NCBI GenBank assembly: GCA_048885535.1
Contig: JBHLLO010000018.1
Location: 1-44,211 of the forward strand
Reading direction: 5' to 3'
Length of the DNA stretch: 44,211 nucleotides
Source: Candidatus Hermodarchaeota archaeon
GTDB taxonomy: Archaea > Asgardarchaeota > Lokiarchaeia > Sigyniarchaeales > SOKP01
Shown: positions 9,617 through 18,876 of the stretch, piece after piece
Position numbering within the stretch: the stretch's first letter is position 1
How the letters are laid out: every line of letters starts with the position of its first letter
The notes under the pieces: generated by a model
Databases searched by the model: none
The model's input: only the letters and a program-made list of their open reading frames with translations
Told to the model about the DNA's origin: nothing
Made by a program: the position numbers and the translations under genes

Positions 9617-10837
9617 TCAAATTATTCTAATTTCTTCTACATTTTGAACTGCCTGCTGAATTATGTCAGTTAATTCTAAAGATGCATACAAATTTTCCAA
9701 AACTTTTAGTTCAAATTCTTGTTCTTTTGGCTTTAGTTCACAATAATCAAATTCTTTTAAATCTTTCGAAATCTTACCCTTTATCTCGTCAATTTCACCC
9801 AAATCCAACCCAATAATTGGAGTGAAAATAGGGTATTCTGAAAATAAGTAGTTTAAAGCTATTGAATCCAAATCAACATGATCTGGACAGAGAGTTGATT
9901 TATTAAGACTTACTCCATCAGTAATACCTCTAATTTTTATATCGGTATTTGTACCCATTGTTCTAATTAATCTTGATAAAACATCAAATCTTATTAATCT
10001 GCAAATTCCACATATATACTTTTCATTTTTGATTTTCTTAAACGCAATTTTTAAAATATTTAATAAATTTACCCTCCTTAATGTAAATGGGGAGAAAGGA
10101 ATGTAATTTGCTATTTCTTTCCAATTAGACAACCAAATATTAAATATCTCTCGCTTTTGTGTCATCTCAAATAACACAGGATAGACTAAACATCCTCTTT
10201 TCATTAGAAGAAATCCAGATATTAAATCAGGTAACCTTCCTATGTCCATTACAGCAACTTTTTTTTGCTTCTCAATGGGGAGTCCCCCCCAATTACTTTT
10301 AACAATTTCAGAAAATAAATATGAAAATTCATCACGGATTTCTATAAAGATGACTTTCTTTGGAGATGTCAAATTAACTTTTAAATCTAAACTACTAAAA
10401 TTATCAAGTACAGCCTTTCCAATATCCTTAGCAACTTCAATTGAACTATAATCATGTCTTCCAGATCTTTTCACTCGAATCGCAAATGAGTCTTTTTCTT
10501 TTAAGATATAGTTTCCTATTTCAATAGCTCTTTGAGATATATGTTCCAACTTATTTGATGTTCTTAAACAAGGACTGAGAGAATAAATACCAAAAACGTT
10601 ACTTAATACTTCTAATGCTTTTGGAATGACTTCATTTTTAAAAAAAAAGAAAATTCGAGAAGAATCTTTGCTTATTTGGTATTTAAGAAATGAAATATTT
10701 TCTTTTTTTAGCATTTTTTTAATATTATTTATTAAAATCTTTAGCATTCTCATTTTTACTTTCTGAGATTTTAACCAAATTTCGCCATAGCGTATTAGTA
10801 TTAAATTATATTCAGGTAAAATGTGCATATTTTCCAT
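9617..10837 (-). CDS. thiI: ThiI-like THUMP-domain protein (tRNA 4-thiouridine synthase family) with degenerate PP-loop
   Basis: IRYGEIWLKS N-terminus, THUMP region (FAIRVKRSG...VNLTSPKKVIFIEIR), GGLP, LMKRG, CGIC; SGGxDS replaced by DIGRLPD. Confidence 0.7.
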   Translation of the reverse strand: MENMHILPEYNLILIRYGEIWLKSQKVKMRMLKILINNIKKMLKKENISFLKYQISKDSSRIFFFFKNEVIPKALEVLSNVFGIYSLSPCLRTSNKLEHISQRAIEIGNYILKEKDSFAIRVKRSGRHDYSSIEVAKDIGKAVLDNFSSLDLKVNLTSPKKVIFIEIRDEFSYLFSEIVKSNWGGLPIEKQKKVAVMDIGRLPDLISGFLLMKRGCLVYPVLFEMTQKREIFNIWLSNWKEIANYIPFSPFTLRRVNLLNILKIAFKKIKNEKYICGICRLIRFDVLSRLIRTMGTNTDIKIRGITDGVSLNKSTLCPDHVDLDSIALNYLFSEYPIFTPIIGLDLGEIDEIKGKISKDLKEFDYCELKPKEQEFELKVLENLYASLELTDIIQQAVQNVEEIRII

Positions 10838-10902
10838 ATTTTAGAAAAAAATCCTTTAATTTTATATTTTTATTAATATAAGTTTACTCTTTTAAACCAA
10901 AA

Positions 10903-12504
10903 TCATATTAAAATAGATATATAATAATTTCCAATAATCCTTATTTCTCCAGTTCTTATATTGTGCTCTTTAAGTATAACTAGTCCCTTTTCAAACAATT
11001 CTATCTCAATAAAAACAGGGTCAAAACGTTTTGAGCCAAGATTCCCTCCATTTGAGATTACAGTATTTTCTATTTTCACATTAAAAGAGATACTCGGCGA
11101 ACTATTTAAAACCAAATCTATCTGAGAAAGTGCGAATTGAGATAATACATCCCCTGAATCGATTAATTCAGTTCTCCACACACTTAACGGCGTAGGAATT
11201 AAGCTATGAAAACAACAAACTCCAAAAATCTTCTCATGGCTTAATGACAAAACTTTTTCAATAAACTTATTTAATCTTCTTCGCCCAATGAAACCAATTG
11301 TAGAATCTAAAGTAGTGGAATTAATACCTTGAAAGAATAGTTTTTCATTTTCGTAAAATGGATCAGACTCACCAATATATTGACTCCAATATTCCCAAGC
11401 TGGAGGTATTGAATCAGTATATCCCGGAACGACAATATAAGGGAAATTAAATCGAGCTAATTTATCTTTAGCAATTTGATATTCTGTTTTATAGCTATTT
11501 TTAGTTAAGTTACCTGCATGGACGATTAAATCAACATTATTCATTTGATTAATTGTATTTATTGCTTTATCAAAAACAGTTTCATTCTCCTGGTCTTCTT
11601 CAGAAACTAATGAATTCGATATTTGTATAAACCGGCATATTGGTTCTTTTACTTTTTCAAGCTTTAATGGAACATAATAATTAATCTCACGGAAAATCTC
11701 TTTTTTAGAATTTGTATCTAGAACAGGTAAAATCTTAAATTCTACTCGATTCTCTTCTATATCAATAACTGCATACGAAAATAAATCCCTATATCTAGTT
11801 TTATTACAACAAAATGTCCCCGCATTAAAGATTAATAAATCTTTTTCACTACTGCTTACGGTATACAAATTTGAGGTATGGCGATGACCATTTAAAACTA
11901 AATCTACTTTTTCTTCTAGGAGCATTTTAAGCATATCTCCTGAATCATCAATGGCAGAACGCTCTTTCCCTGTATTGGGTATTGGAATTAGTTGATGATG
12001 AAAACACACTATCTTAAATTTGTTTTCTCTTTCTGGTTCCATTAATCTCTTTCTAACAGCTTCTCTTACATTATGATGAATAATTCCCCCTGGTAAATCT
12101 GGTTTTGTACTATCAATCCCTATTACATATAGTTCGTCATCTTCATATTCATAATGCCTTCTACCTATCATTTCTTCAAAAAGAAGATAACCAACATTCA
12201 ATGCATCATGATTTCCTATTAATATCATCATTGGGCTATTAGAAATGGGTTTAAACTTTTCAAATTGCTCCATTGCATATTCATATTCTAAAAGAGTGCC
12301 ATTATGAGTAATATCTCCTAAATGGAGAAAAAGAGAAACACCTCGTATTTTATTAACCTTTTTAATTCCTATATTAAAAGCATGGAGGTTAAATGCACCC
12401 TCCCAACGAGTAATATGTGTATCTGAAACAATAACAAGCCTTTTCCTTTTGTTAACATGTCCTGTAGTATCTACTTTAAGGCTTTTTTCTGTGATCATAA
12501 TCAT
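10903..12504 (-). CDS. Tandem calcineurin-like metallophosphoesterase (second domain degenerate)
   Basis: First domain has SDTH, GDITH, GNHD, HHQ and GHRH; equivalent positions in the second domain read SNSL, GNLT, GYTD, FHS and NSSP. Confidence 0.85.
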   Translation of the reverse strand: MIMITEKSLKVDTTGHVNKRKRLVIVSDTHITRWEGAFNLHAFNIGIKKVNKIRGVSLFLHLGDITHNGTLLEYEYAMEQFEKFKPISNSPMMILIGNHDALNVGYLLFEEMIGRRHYEYEDDELYVIGIDSTKPDLPGGIIHHNVREAVRKRLMEPERENKFKIVCFHHQLIPIPNTGKERSAIDDSGDMLKMLLEEKVDLVLNGHRHTSNLYTVSSSEKDLLIFNAGTFCCNKTRYRDLFSYAVIDIEENRVEFKILPVLDTNSKKEIFREINYYVPLKLEKVKEPICRFIQISNSLVSEEDQENETVFDKAINTINQMNNVDLIVHAGNLTKNSYKTEYQIAKDKLARFNFPYIVVPGYTDSIPPAWEYWSQYIGESDPFYENEKLFFQGINSTTLDSTIGFIGRRRLNKFIEKVLSLSHEKIFGVCCFHSLIPTPLSVWRTELIDSGDVLSQFALSQIDLVLNSSPSISFNVKIENTVISNGGNLGSKRFDPVFIEIELFEKGLVILKEHNIRTGEIRIIGNYYISILI

Positions 12505-13242
12505 TTATTTTGTTATTAATTTTGCTGGGTGTCCAGAATAGATTAAATTTTCTTGTAGAATATCATCATAATTAGTATAGGAATGGGCTGATAGCTTTGC
12601 ATTTTTTTTAACTAATGTGCCAGGTAAAAGCACACATTTAGCTCCTATTGAAGCACCTTCTTCAATTACAATTTTTTTAATAATGAAATTATCTTGTTCA
12701 ATACCAAAAGTTATAACTGTCGAATTCATGCCAATTATTACATTTTTACCAATAAACACAAATTCTGAGGATAACCAACTATTATCACATATTGTTTTTC
12801 TCCCAATTCTTACTCCAAAAAATCTCAATGTAAATCTATTCTTACACCAAGGAAATGGATTTGTCGCAGCTACGTACAAGGGCCACTTTTTAATAATATT
12901 TCTGATATTCCAATAAATATAATCCTTATCTTTAACATCTCTCTTGAAATAACCTTCTTTTGGTAAATGTATCAAATTTATTATCCTTAAAACTAAGCTA
13001 GAAAATAAGATAGCACTAAATTGAAGTAAATAAATCAAAGCTAAAAAATTAAGTGGTAAAAGAAAAAAGAATAAAAAAATTAAATCACCTCTCCAGAGAA
13101 ATATAAAATAGAAATATTCGAATATAGAACAGGGAAAAAAACTTGCAATGATTATCAGAATATAGAAAAATAGATATTTATTTCTTATTCTCTCATCAAC
13201 TGGAGTTGGTGAATCTCCTTTCATACTTGCTGGTTGAAACAT
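12505..13242 (-). CDS. Membrane-anchored hexapeptide-repeat (left-handed beta-helix) acyltransferase-like protein
   Basis: Two N-terminal TM segments, PKEG motif, RFFGVRIG, LbH repeats (IEEGASIGAKCVLLPG), YSGHPA. Confidence 0.75.
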   Translation of the reverse strand: MFQPASMKGDSPTPVDERIRNKYLFFYILIIIASFFPCSIFEYFYFIFLWRGDLIFLFFFLLPLNFLALIYLLQFSAILFSSLVLRIINLIHLPKEGYFKRDVKDKDYIYWNIRNIIKKWPLYVAATNPFPWCKNRFTLRFFGVRIGRKTICDNSWLSSEFVFIGKNVIIGMNSTVITFGIEQDNFIIKKIVIEEGASIGAKCVLLPGTLVKKNAKLSAHSYTNYDDILQENLIYSGHPAKLITK

Positions 13243-13248
13243 TTTAAC

Positions 13249-14079
13249 TTATCCCTCCCCATCTTTCTCTACTTTTACTTTTTCTGCCTTTTTCAAAGAT
13301 TCTTCTACACTTTGAATTGGCAATTTTAGACGAGCTGGAGTTCCAACATGAATTATATCTCCCTCTAATTCCTGTCCTATCCAAGTATAACTATTTACTC
13401 CCAAAACAGCTCCCTCTTGCATGATAGTCCCTGGAGCTATGATAGTATGGGGTCCTACAATACATGCTCTACCTATCTTTACTTTTTTAATAATTACTTT
13501 ATCATGATAAATAAGATGTGAAAAAATACATATGTTCAGAGAAGTCATAGTAAAATCTCCGATTTCTACAAAAACAGGATCTACATATCCTTCATATAAT
13601 ACGACATTCTTTCCGACTTTTATGCCAAAAAAGCGGTAGCATATTATATCCATCCATGGCAGAGGTAAGGCTCTTGCTAACCACACTGGAAAATAAACTG
13701 TCCAAAATCTTCTATGCATGTATTTCCAATCTTTACTTCCTCTTTCAAAAACTCCTTCTTTTGGTGGAGACAGCTTATTTAAGATTCTAAAGATTACTGC
13801 TGAGAATGAAATGATAGTAAATGTAAATAAGAATATATTACCGTATATATTTAAAGGAAGCAATAACCAATAATACCAGTCGGGTCTTAATGCTACTGGA
13901 TAGAATTGGTTTCCTGTTAAAAGGAAATAAAGGCTATTTATAAACCATAAATTTACTAATACTAATACAAGCCCTCCTATGAACAATTGTAGGATTATAA
14001 TTAAAGTAAATGATGTTTTATATACTCCGGAAGTTGATAAGAATTTAATCTCAAAACTTGGTTTGAACCCCTCTGCCAT
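13249..14079 (-). CDS. Membrane-anchored hexapeptide-repeat acyltransferase-like protein (paralog of neighbour)
   Basis: TM segments, PKEG, RFFGIKVG, IGRACIVGPHTIIAPG, VGTPA; ATG at 14079 preceded by GAGTGA. Confidence 0.75.
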   Translation of the reverse strand: MAEGFKPSFEIKFLSTSGVYKTSFTLIIILQLFIGGLVLVLVNLWFINSLYFLLTGNQFYPVALRPDWYYWLLLPLNIYGNIFLFTFTIISFSAVIFRILNKLSPPKEGVFERGSKDWKYMHRRFWTVYFPVWLARALPLPWMDIICYRFFGIKVGKNVVLYEGYVDPVFVEIGDFTMTSLNICIFSHLIYHDKVIIKKVKIGRACIVGPHTIIAPGTIMQEGAVLGVNSYTWIGQELEGDIIHVGTPARLKLPIQSVEESLKKAEKVKVEKDGEG

Positions 14080-14308
14080 TAAAATCACTCAATTTTAATA
14101 CAAATAACTCAAGATATTAATGTCATAATGAGATAATTAATATTTCACATTACTGTTATATTAAGTTTATAATTTTTGTATATACCATGATTTAAATATA
14201 TAGTACCTCATAAAAGAAACAAATAAAAAACAGATACCTTATATAATACTTAAAACCAAAAAAATATATTAGAAAAAAAATTCAAAAATTAGGATTTGGT
14301 GAAATAGA

Positions 14309-15175
14309 GTGTCAATAGATTGGTCCAAAGCGGAAGAGCATCCCGAAAAGAGTCAAAAGGTTGAAGGACGTTTCCTATTAGATTTGAGATCGAAGGTAAA
14401 TGACTTAGAAAAGCAACTAAGTGAAACTAAAACCGAGTTAGGTAAAACCCAAGGAGATCTTAAATCAACTAAAGCCGCTCTTGAGAAAACCGTGAACGAT
14501 CTAAATTCTACAAAATCTACATTAGATGCAACAAAATCAGAATTTAATAATGTTAAATTAACCTTCGAGCAAACCAAAACTGAAAAAAATGCCTTAGAAT
14601 CTGAACTTAGTAATGTTAAATCACAGCTATCTGAATTAGAAAACCTTCCTTCAGAATTAGATTCTGCCAACTCAAAGATTGCTGAACTAGAAAAGCAACT
14701 TGCTGAAGCTCAAAGTAGTGGAGCGTCAAATCAAGCGCAGTTAAACAAGTTAACATCCGAAGTACAGGAATTGAATTCTAAGCTTACTGTACTCCAAGAA
14801 GAAAATAATACCTTAAGTGAGCAAATACAGGAATTTAATAACCTTTTAATTCAAAAAGATAATCAGATTCAAGAATTAACTTCCAGCGTGGACGAAAAAG
14901 ATAAATTGGTTAAAGCTCAAACCGCTCACATAGAAGAAGTAGAAGGCGAACTTCAAGAATTAAAACCACCTGAAATAGGAGCAGGGGGTTTTGCTAGCGA
15001 AGAACGCATCACATGCCCAAATCTTTACCGAATACCGGTATAGAGAGAATTGTGCGGTGCGGTCGGGAATAACATTAAAACAGTAGAAGATAAATCAAAA
15101 GTCTTGTCATATGTTGGTCATATCCCCATGTATGCGAAGAAGCATGTCTGCAAGAAGTGTGGCTACGAATTCTAG
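14309..15175 (+). CDS. Coiled-coil protein with C-terminal zinc ribbon, interrupted by a candidate intron: join(14309..15020,15051..15175), 278 aa; unspliced form is 244 aa and ends at 15043
   Basis: Heptad-rich body; the frame continues past TAG 15041-15043 in the same phase to CGAVGNNIKTVEDKSKVLSYVGHIPMYAKKHVCKKCGYEF-TAG(15173-15175); removing 30 nt gives CPMCG...CKKCG. Confidence 0.75.
15021..15050 (+). other. Candidate BHB-type pre-mRNA intron (30 nt, contains in-frame TAG)
   Basis: Inner hairpin 15022-15030/15036-15044 (8 of 9 paired); 3-nt bulges 15019-15021 and 15049-15051 separated by a 4-nt relaxed helix (2 of 4 Watson-Crick); exon-exon helix 15002-15014/15052-15064 (11 of 13 paired); cutting after the 2nd nucleotide of each bulge joins A+TG. 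Confidence 0.65.
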
Positions 15176-15207
15176 AAAAAAATAACTTTAATTGAAATAT
15201 TTTTTTA
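15174..15207. terminator. Likely bidirectional oligo-A/oligo-T terminator region between convergent genes
   Basis: AAAAAAATA...TATTTTTTT between TAG at 15175 and the TAA of the minus-strand ubiquitin-like gene. Confidence 0.35.
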
Positions 15208-15516
15208 TTAATTCCTTTTTATATTTTTATTAAATAAGCTAAATATAGCATCTCCTTTTACTTTAGTTCCACCGGCTTGAGTAGCCATTACAGTAATTAC
15301 ATCCTTTTTCGGATGTATGCCTATTCTTGCGAACTTTAATTCATCAGGTAGGACTTTACCTTTAAAAATGAATTGAATTGCTAATATTGGATTTAATTTG
15401 TATTCCCGCTGAACTGTTTTTTTAACTTCTGCCACCACACTATTTGGATCTAATTCTATCAATTTGATTGCTTGATCTGGAGGAACTCCGGTCAATCTAA
15501 ACCTATACTCGGTAAT
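15208..15516 (-). CDS. Ubiquitin-like (beta-grasp) protein with GG motif followed by a 19-aa extension
   Basis: VAEVKKTV...QFIFKGKVLPD...IGI...VITVMATQAGG is ubiquitin-like; start extended to ATT at 15516 (GGGGTTGA 6 nt upstream), which restores the beta1 strand EYRFRL. Confidence 0.75.
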   Translation of the reverse strand: MTEYRFRLTGVPPDQAIKLIELDPNSVVAEVKKTVQREYKLNPILAIQFIFKGKVLPDELKFARIGIHPKKDVITVMATQAGGTKVKGDAIFSLFNKNIKRN

Positions 15517-15784
15517 TTTTAATCAACCCCATTTCAATTTCCTATTTAAATTTTTATTGTGCTTCCTCATTTACTTCAATCCTATCTTTTTAAATCTCTA
15601 TAAAAAAGTCCACGAAAAACAACGAGCTATAAGCCTCAGTCAAAAAATTAAATTTTTTTATACATAATTATCTAACTTTCAATGAAGAATATTTAGAATT
15701 CTATTTTATTAGAAAAACATAAATTTATGCACTCTACTAGAAAATAAGAAAGATTCTATCACTAAAAGTGCTTTTTATAAATTC

Positions 15785-17056
15785 ATGAGTGAATTGAGAA
15801 CCTTTTTTGCTTTCGAATTGGAGGATACTGGAAAATATAAAGAGTTAGATTTCTCTGAGAAAGATTTAGTAAATCATCTCAGACCAGAACAAGTCCTAAT
15901 CCTTGTTAGAGAGGATCTAAGAAGGATTTTCATTTGGAAAGGAGCAAAATCATCAGTAAAAAAAAGATTTATAAGTTCTAAAGTAGCACGAGAAATTCAA
16001 GGAGAATTAGCGAAAAATTCTCATTTTCATCAATGTAAAATAGTATCTGTGGACCAAGGAGATGAAATTCAAGAATTTCTTGATGCCTTTAATATAGAGT
16101 CTATGGAAGCAATAGAAAAATTACCTGATATGAGATATATTCGTAACAGTGAAAAACCCCACTATAAAAAAACTAAAGTTTTTTCTAAATATCATGATAG
16201 ATTCTTACAGGAATTCAGAGACAGGACATATAATCTAAATCTAGAGAACTTTCCTGAAGAAAGAGAATTTAAGATTAATAAGTACCTTAGTTTAAAATTG
16301 ATAAAGGGCCAGACAGTCATATATGTGAATGAGAAACCCTTCCATCAATGCAAATATCTCCTGTTAAATCTCACTAATAAGGATTTTTCTAAATTTGATC
16401 AGATTGATTCAATTGATGAAGCATTTGAAATATATAATAAAATGGATAAAAATCATGAAAGAGACCATGATTTAATCGATCCTATTTCTGAGTTTATCGG
16501 TCATTGTTCCAATCTTCAAGCATGGTATGAACATGTTTATGATCTTAGAATTCTTCATAGCAGTTTGTCAATACCACTATTAAAGAAACTGGCATTCTTA
16601 GGTGATAAAAAAGCAATTATTCGATTGAAGGAGAGTATTGCTACACGTTTAGCCTCTAAAAATTACAATACAATAATTTTTTACCTAAATGAACAGTACT
16701 TAAATTTATTCTCGAGTGAAGAATTAGAAGTAATATTCGAAGATTGGCTTGAAAAAAACGTGGATTTCACCATGATGGAAAAGCGAAGATTATGGTATCC
16801 ATTACTCAATGAATTGATTGAAAGAGGGATTACTAAAGCAAAAAAAATCATCAAGGATGAAATTACTCTATATCTTAAAGAAGAAAATTTTGATGGTTAT
16901 CGTTATTTATTAAAAAATGATTTCCTTAAACTTCTAGACTTAGAGGATCTTGAAGAACTTTATGAACTCATCCCAAAAAAAGATGAAGTTGCTTTACGTC
17001 GTATTGAAACTCACATTCTTAAAGATACCCTTAGAAAGAGAAGGAAATCAAGTTGA
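15785..17056 (+). CDS. Gelsolin-like domain fused to a Lokiarchaeia-type uncharacterised domain
   Basis: VLILVREDLRRIFIWKGAKSS...IVSVDQGDEIQEFL gelsolin signature; followed by an EFKINKYLSLKL...QCKYLLLN...DSIDEA...GHCSNLQAWYE module and helical repeats. Confidence 0.7.
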   Translation: MSELRTFFAFELEDTGKYKELDFSEKDLVNHLRPEQVLILVREDLRRIFIWKGAKSSVKKRFISSKVAREIQGELAKNSHFHQCKIVSVDQGDEIQEFLDAFNIESMEAIEKLPDMRYIRNSEKPHYKKTKVFSKYHDRFLQEFRDRTYNLNLENFPEEREFKINKYLSLKLIKGQTVIYVNEKPFHQCKYLLLNLTNKDFSKFDQIDSIDEAFEIYNKMDKNHERDHDLIDPISEFIGHCSNLQAWYEHVYDLRILHSSLSIPLLKKLAFLGDKKAIIRLKESIATRLASKNYNTIIFYLNEQYLNLFSSEELEVIFEDWLEKNVDFTMMEKRRLWYPLLNELIERGITKAKKIIKDEITLYLKEENFDGYRYLLKNDFLKLLDLEDLEELYELIPKKDEVALRRIETHILKDTLRKRRKSS

Positions 17057-17141
17057 GATATCTTCTTCTATGACAAAATAATAATTATTTTCCTGATTTT
17101 AATTAAAAGTTTAATTAATATTACAATTTAATATTACAATT

Positions 17142-18449
17142 ATGAATAAAAAGAAAAAATATATTGGCACTTTACCACAAAAAGAATTACTTAAATTATA
17201 TATTAAATACGTCAATGGTCCGAAAACCCGGTTTTTCAAAAATGCGGGATTAGGGTTAATTCCTGGTGAGCGAGATGGTGTAATGCTTAAAACAATAGAA
17301 GGTTTAAAACCATCAGACCCTCCATTAGAATTATATAATTGTCGTTCCTCAGGAGGGGTTTTTAATTTAGGTCATTGTAATCCTATAATAGTGAATACTC
17401 TTAAAGAAGCTTTAGATGAGGGGTTAGATTTAGGTGACCATCAGCTACTCTCAGAACAGCGAGCTCTTTTGGGCAAAAAGTTAGCAGAATTAATGCCTGG
17501 AGATATTAGTAAAACAACATTTGGAGTGAGCGGAGGCGAAGCAATAGATTGTGCCATAAAATTTTCGAGAGCATATACAAAAAGAAGGGGATGCATTTCT
17601 GCAGTAGGGGGATATCATGGTCATACAGGATTTGCATTAGCTACTGGAGATCCTAGTTTTAAAGAAAATTTTTTATGGAATTTACCTGGATTTAAACAAA
17701 TTCCTTTTGGAGATGGCGAAGCGATGAGAAATGCTGTAAATAAAGAAACTGCTTGTGTGATTTTAGAAACAATTCCCGCCACAGCAGGTGTTTTAATCGC
17801 ACAAGAAGGATATTTCTCAGAAGTGAGAGACATTTGCGACGATATAGGTGCTATGATGATTATTGACGAAGTTCAAGCTGGTCTTGGAAGAACTGGATCT
17901 ATGTGGGCTATTTATGGTGGTTTATATCCTAATGAAAAAGTGGTTCCTGATTTTATGGTCTTAAGTAAAGGAATGAGTGCGGGTATTTACCCCTTATCAA
18001 CATGTAGCTATAAACCATTTATAGAAAAGGCTGTTTTCAAGGATGACCCCTTTATTCATATTTCAACGACAGGAGGAGCGGAGCTAGGGTGTGTAGTGGC
18101 TTTAAAGATGCTCGAAATTCAATCAGATCCACAATTTTTAGATCATGTTAAAAAGATGGGGAAAATTTTTGGTGAGGGCCTTAAAAATATAGCTGAAAAA
18201 AATCCAAACTTCATCAAAGAAGTAAGAGGTCGAGGTCTTATGTGGGGAATTGAATTCTATGAAGAAGAGAATAGCATGATATCAATGATCTCGATCATAA
18301 AAGAGGGAGTATTGCTAAATTATTGTGGAAATAAAAAAGATACCATAATTATAATGCCCCCATTAATAGTAAAAGAGATTGATTTAGAAGAAATCCTAGT
18401 AAGGATAAATAAAGGAATTTCTAAACTTATAAAATTAAAATCAAGATAA
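17142..18449 (+). CDS. Class III PLP-dependent aminotransferase (acetylornithine/putrescine aminotransferase family)
   Basis: SGGEAID, YHG, IDEVQAGLGRTG, PLP lysine in SKG, STTGG, VRGRGLMWGIE. Confidence 0.9.
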   Translation: MNKKKKYIGTLPQKELLKLYIKYVNGPKTRFFKNAGLGLIPGERDGVMLKTIEGLKPSDPPLELYNCRSSGGVFNLGHCNPIIVNTLKEALDEGLDLGDHQLLSEQRALLGKKLAELMPGDISKTTFGVSGGEAIDCAIKFSRAYTKRRGCISAVGGYHGHTGFALATGDPSFKENFLWNLPGFKQIPFGDGEAMRNAVNKETACVILETIPATAGVLIAQEGYFSEVRDICDDIGAMMIIDEVQAGLGRTGSMWAIYGGLYPNEKVVPDFMVLSKGMSAGIYPLSTCSYKPFIEKAVFKDDPFIHISTTGGAELGCVVALKMLEIQSDPQFLDHVKKMGKIFGEGLKNIAEKNPNFIKEVRGRGLMWGIEFYEEENSMISMISIIKEGVLLNYCGNKKDTIIIMPPLIVKEIDLEEILVRINKGISKLIKLKSR

Positions 18450-18528
18450 TTTAAAAGCTTTTTTTACAAAAGTATAAAAACTTAAATTTCTTGGTATAAA
18501 TTTATCATTAAAATTAGGTGACTATTCA

Positions 18529-18870
18529 ATGTCAAGAAATCTTTTAAAAAAAAAGTATGTTTGGATTTTTGTATTATCTCTAGCATTAATGATAGTTGGG
18601 TTTGTAATAACTAGTGTAGCTAACTTTATTCCTCCAGTTTCGTTTATGGATCCAGGTTATGAAGAATACTCATCGCTAATGAGGAACTTAACAACATCAG
18701 CAACACTTTTTCAGAATTTAGGCATAGTATTATTCACCTTATCCATTTTTATCGGAGCTCTTGTCGATGAAACAATTTCACCAGAAGTAAAAAGAGGAAT
18801 GATTATTGCTTCAGCTTTAGGAATTATCGCTTTGGTAATCTTTAACAGATTAATTCTATATTTTACGTAA
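18529..18870 (+). CDS. Small 3-TM membrane protein
   Basis: 113 aa with three hydrophobic segments; AGGTGA SD; close paralog immediately downstream. Confidence 0.75.
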   Translation: MSRNLLKKKYVWIFVLSLALMIVGFVITSVANFIPPVSFMDPGYEEYSSLMRNLTTSATLFQNLGIVLFTLSIFIGALVDETISPEVKRGMIIASALGIIALVIFNRLILYFT

Positions 18871-18876
18871 AATAAG

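Noticed and set aside
15041-15043. Pyrrolysine or simple readthrough of the in-frame TAG
   Set aside because: Readthrough leaves 12 residues between the cysteines instead of 2, destroying the knuckle; the same gene also terminates with TAG; no pyl genes are in the window.
15020-15050. Ribosomal hop between the AAT at 15020 and the AAT at 15048, or a transposon footprint with target-site duplication
   Set aside because: The hop lands in the wrong frame and soon meets a stop, and the flanks do not form an exact duplication that restores the CPxCG coding sequence.
15523-15570. 15-codon upstream ORF (MRKHNKNLNRKLKWG) ending at the SD of the ubiquitin-like gene
   Set aside because: Too short and low-complexity to distinguish from chance.
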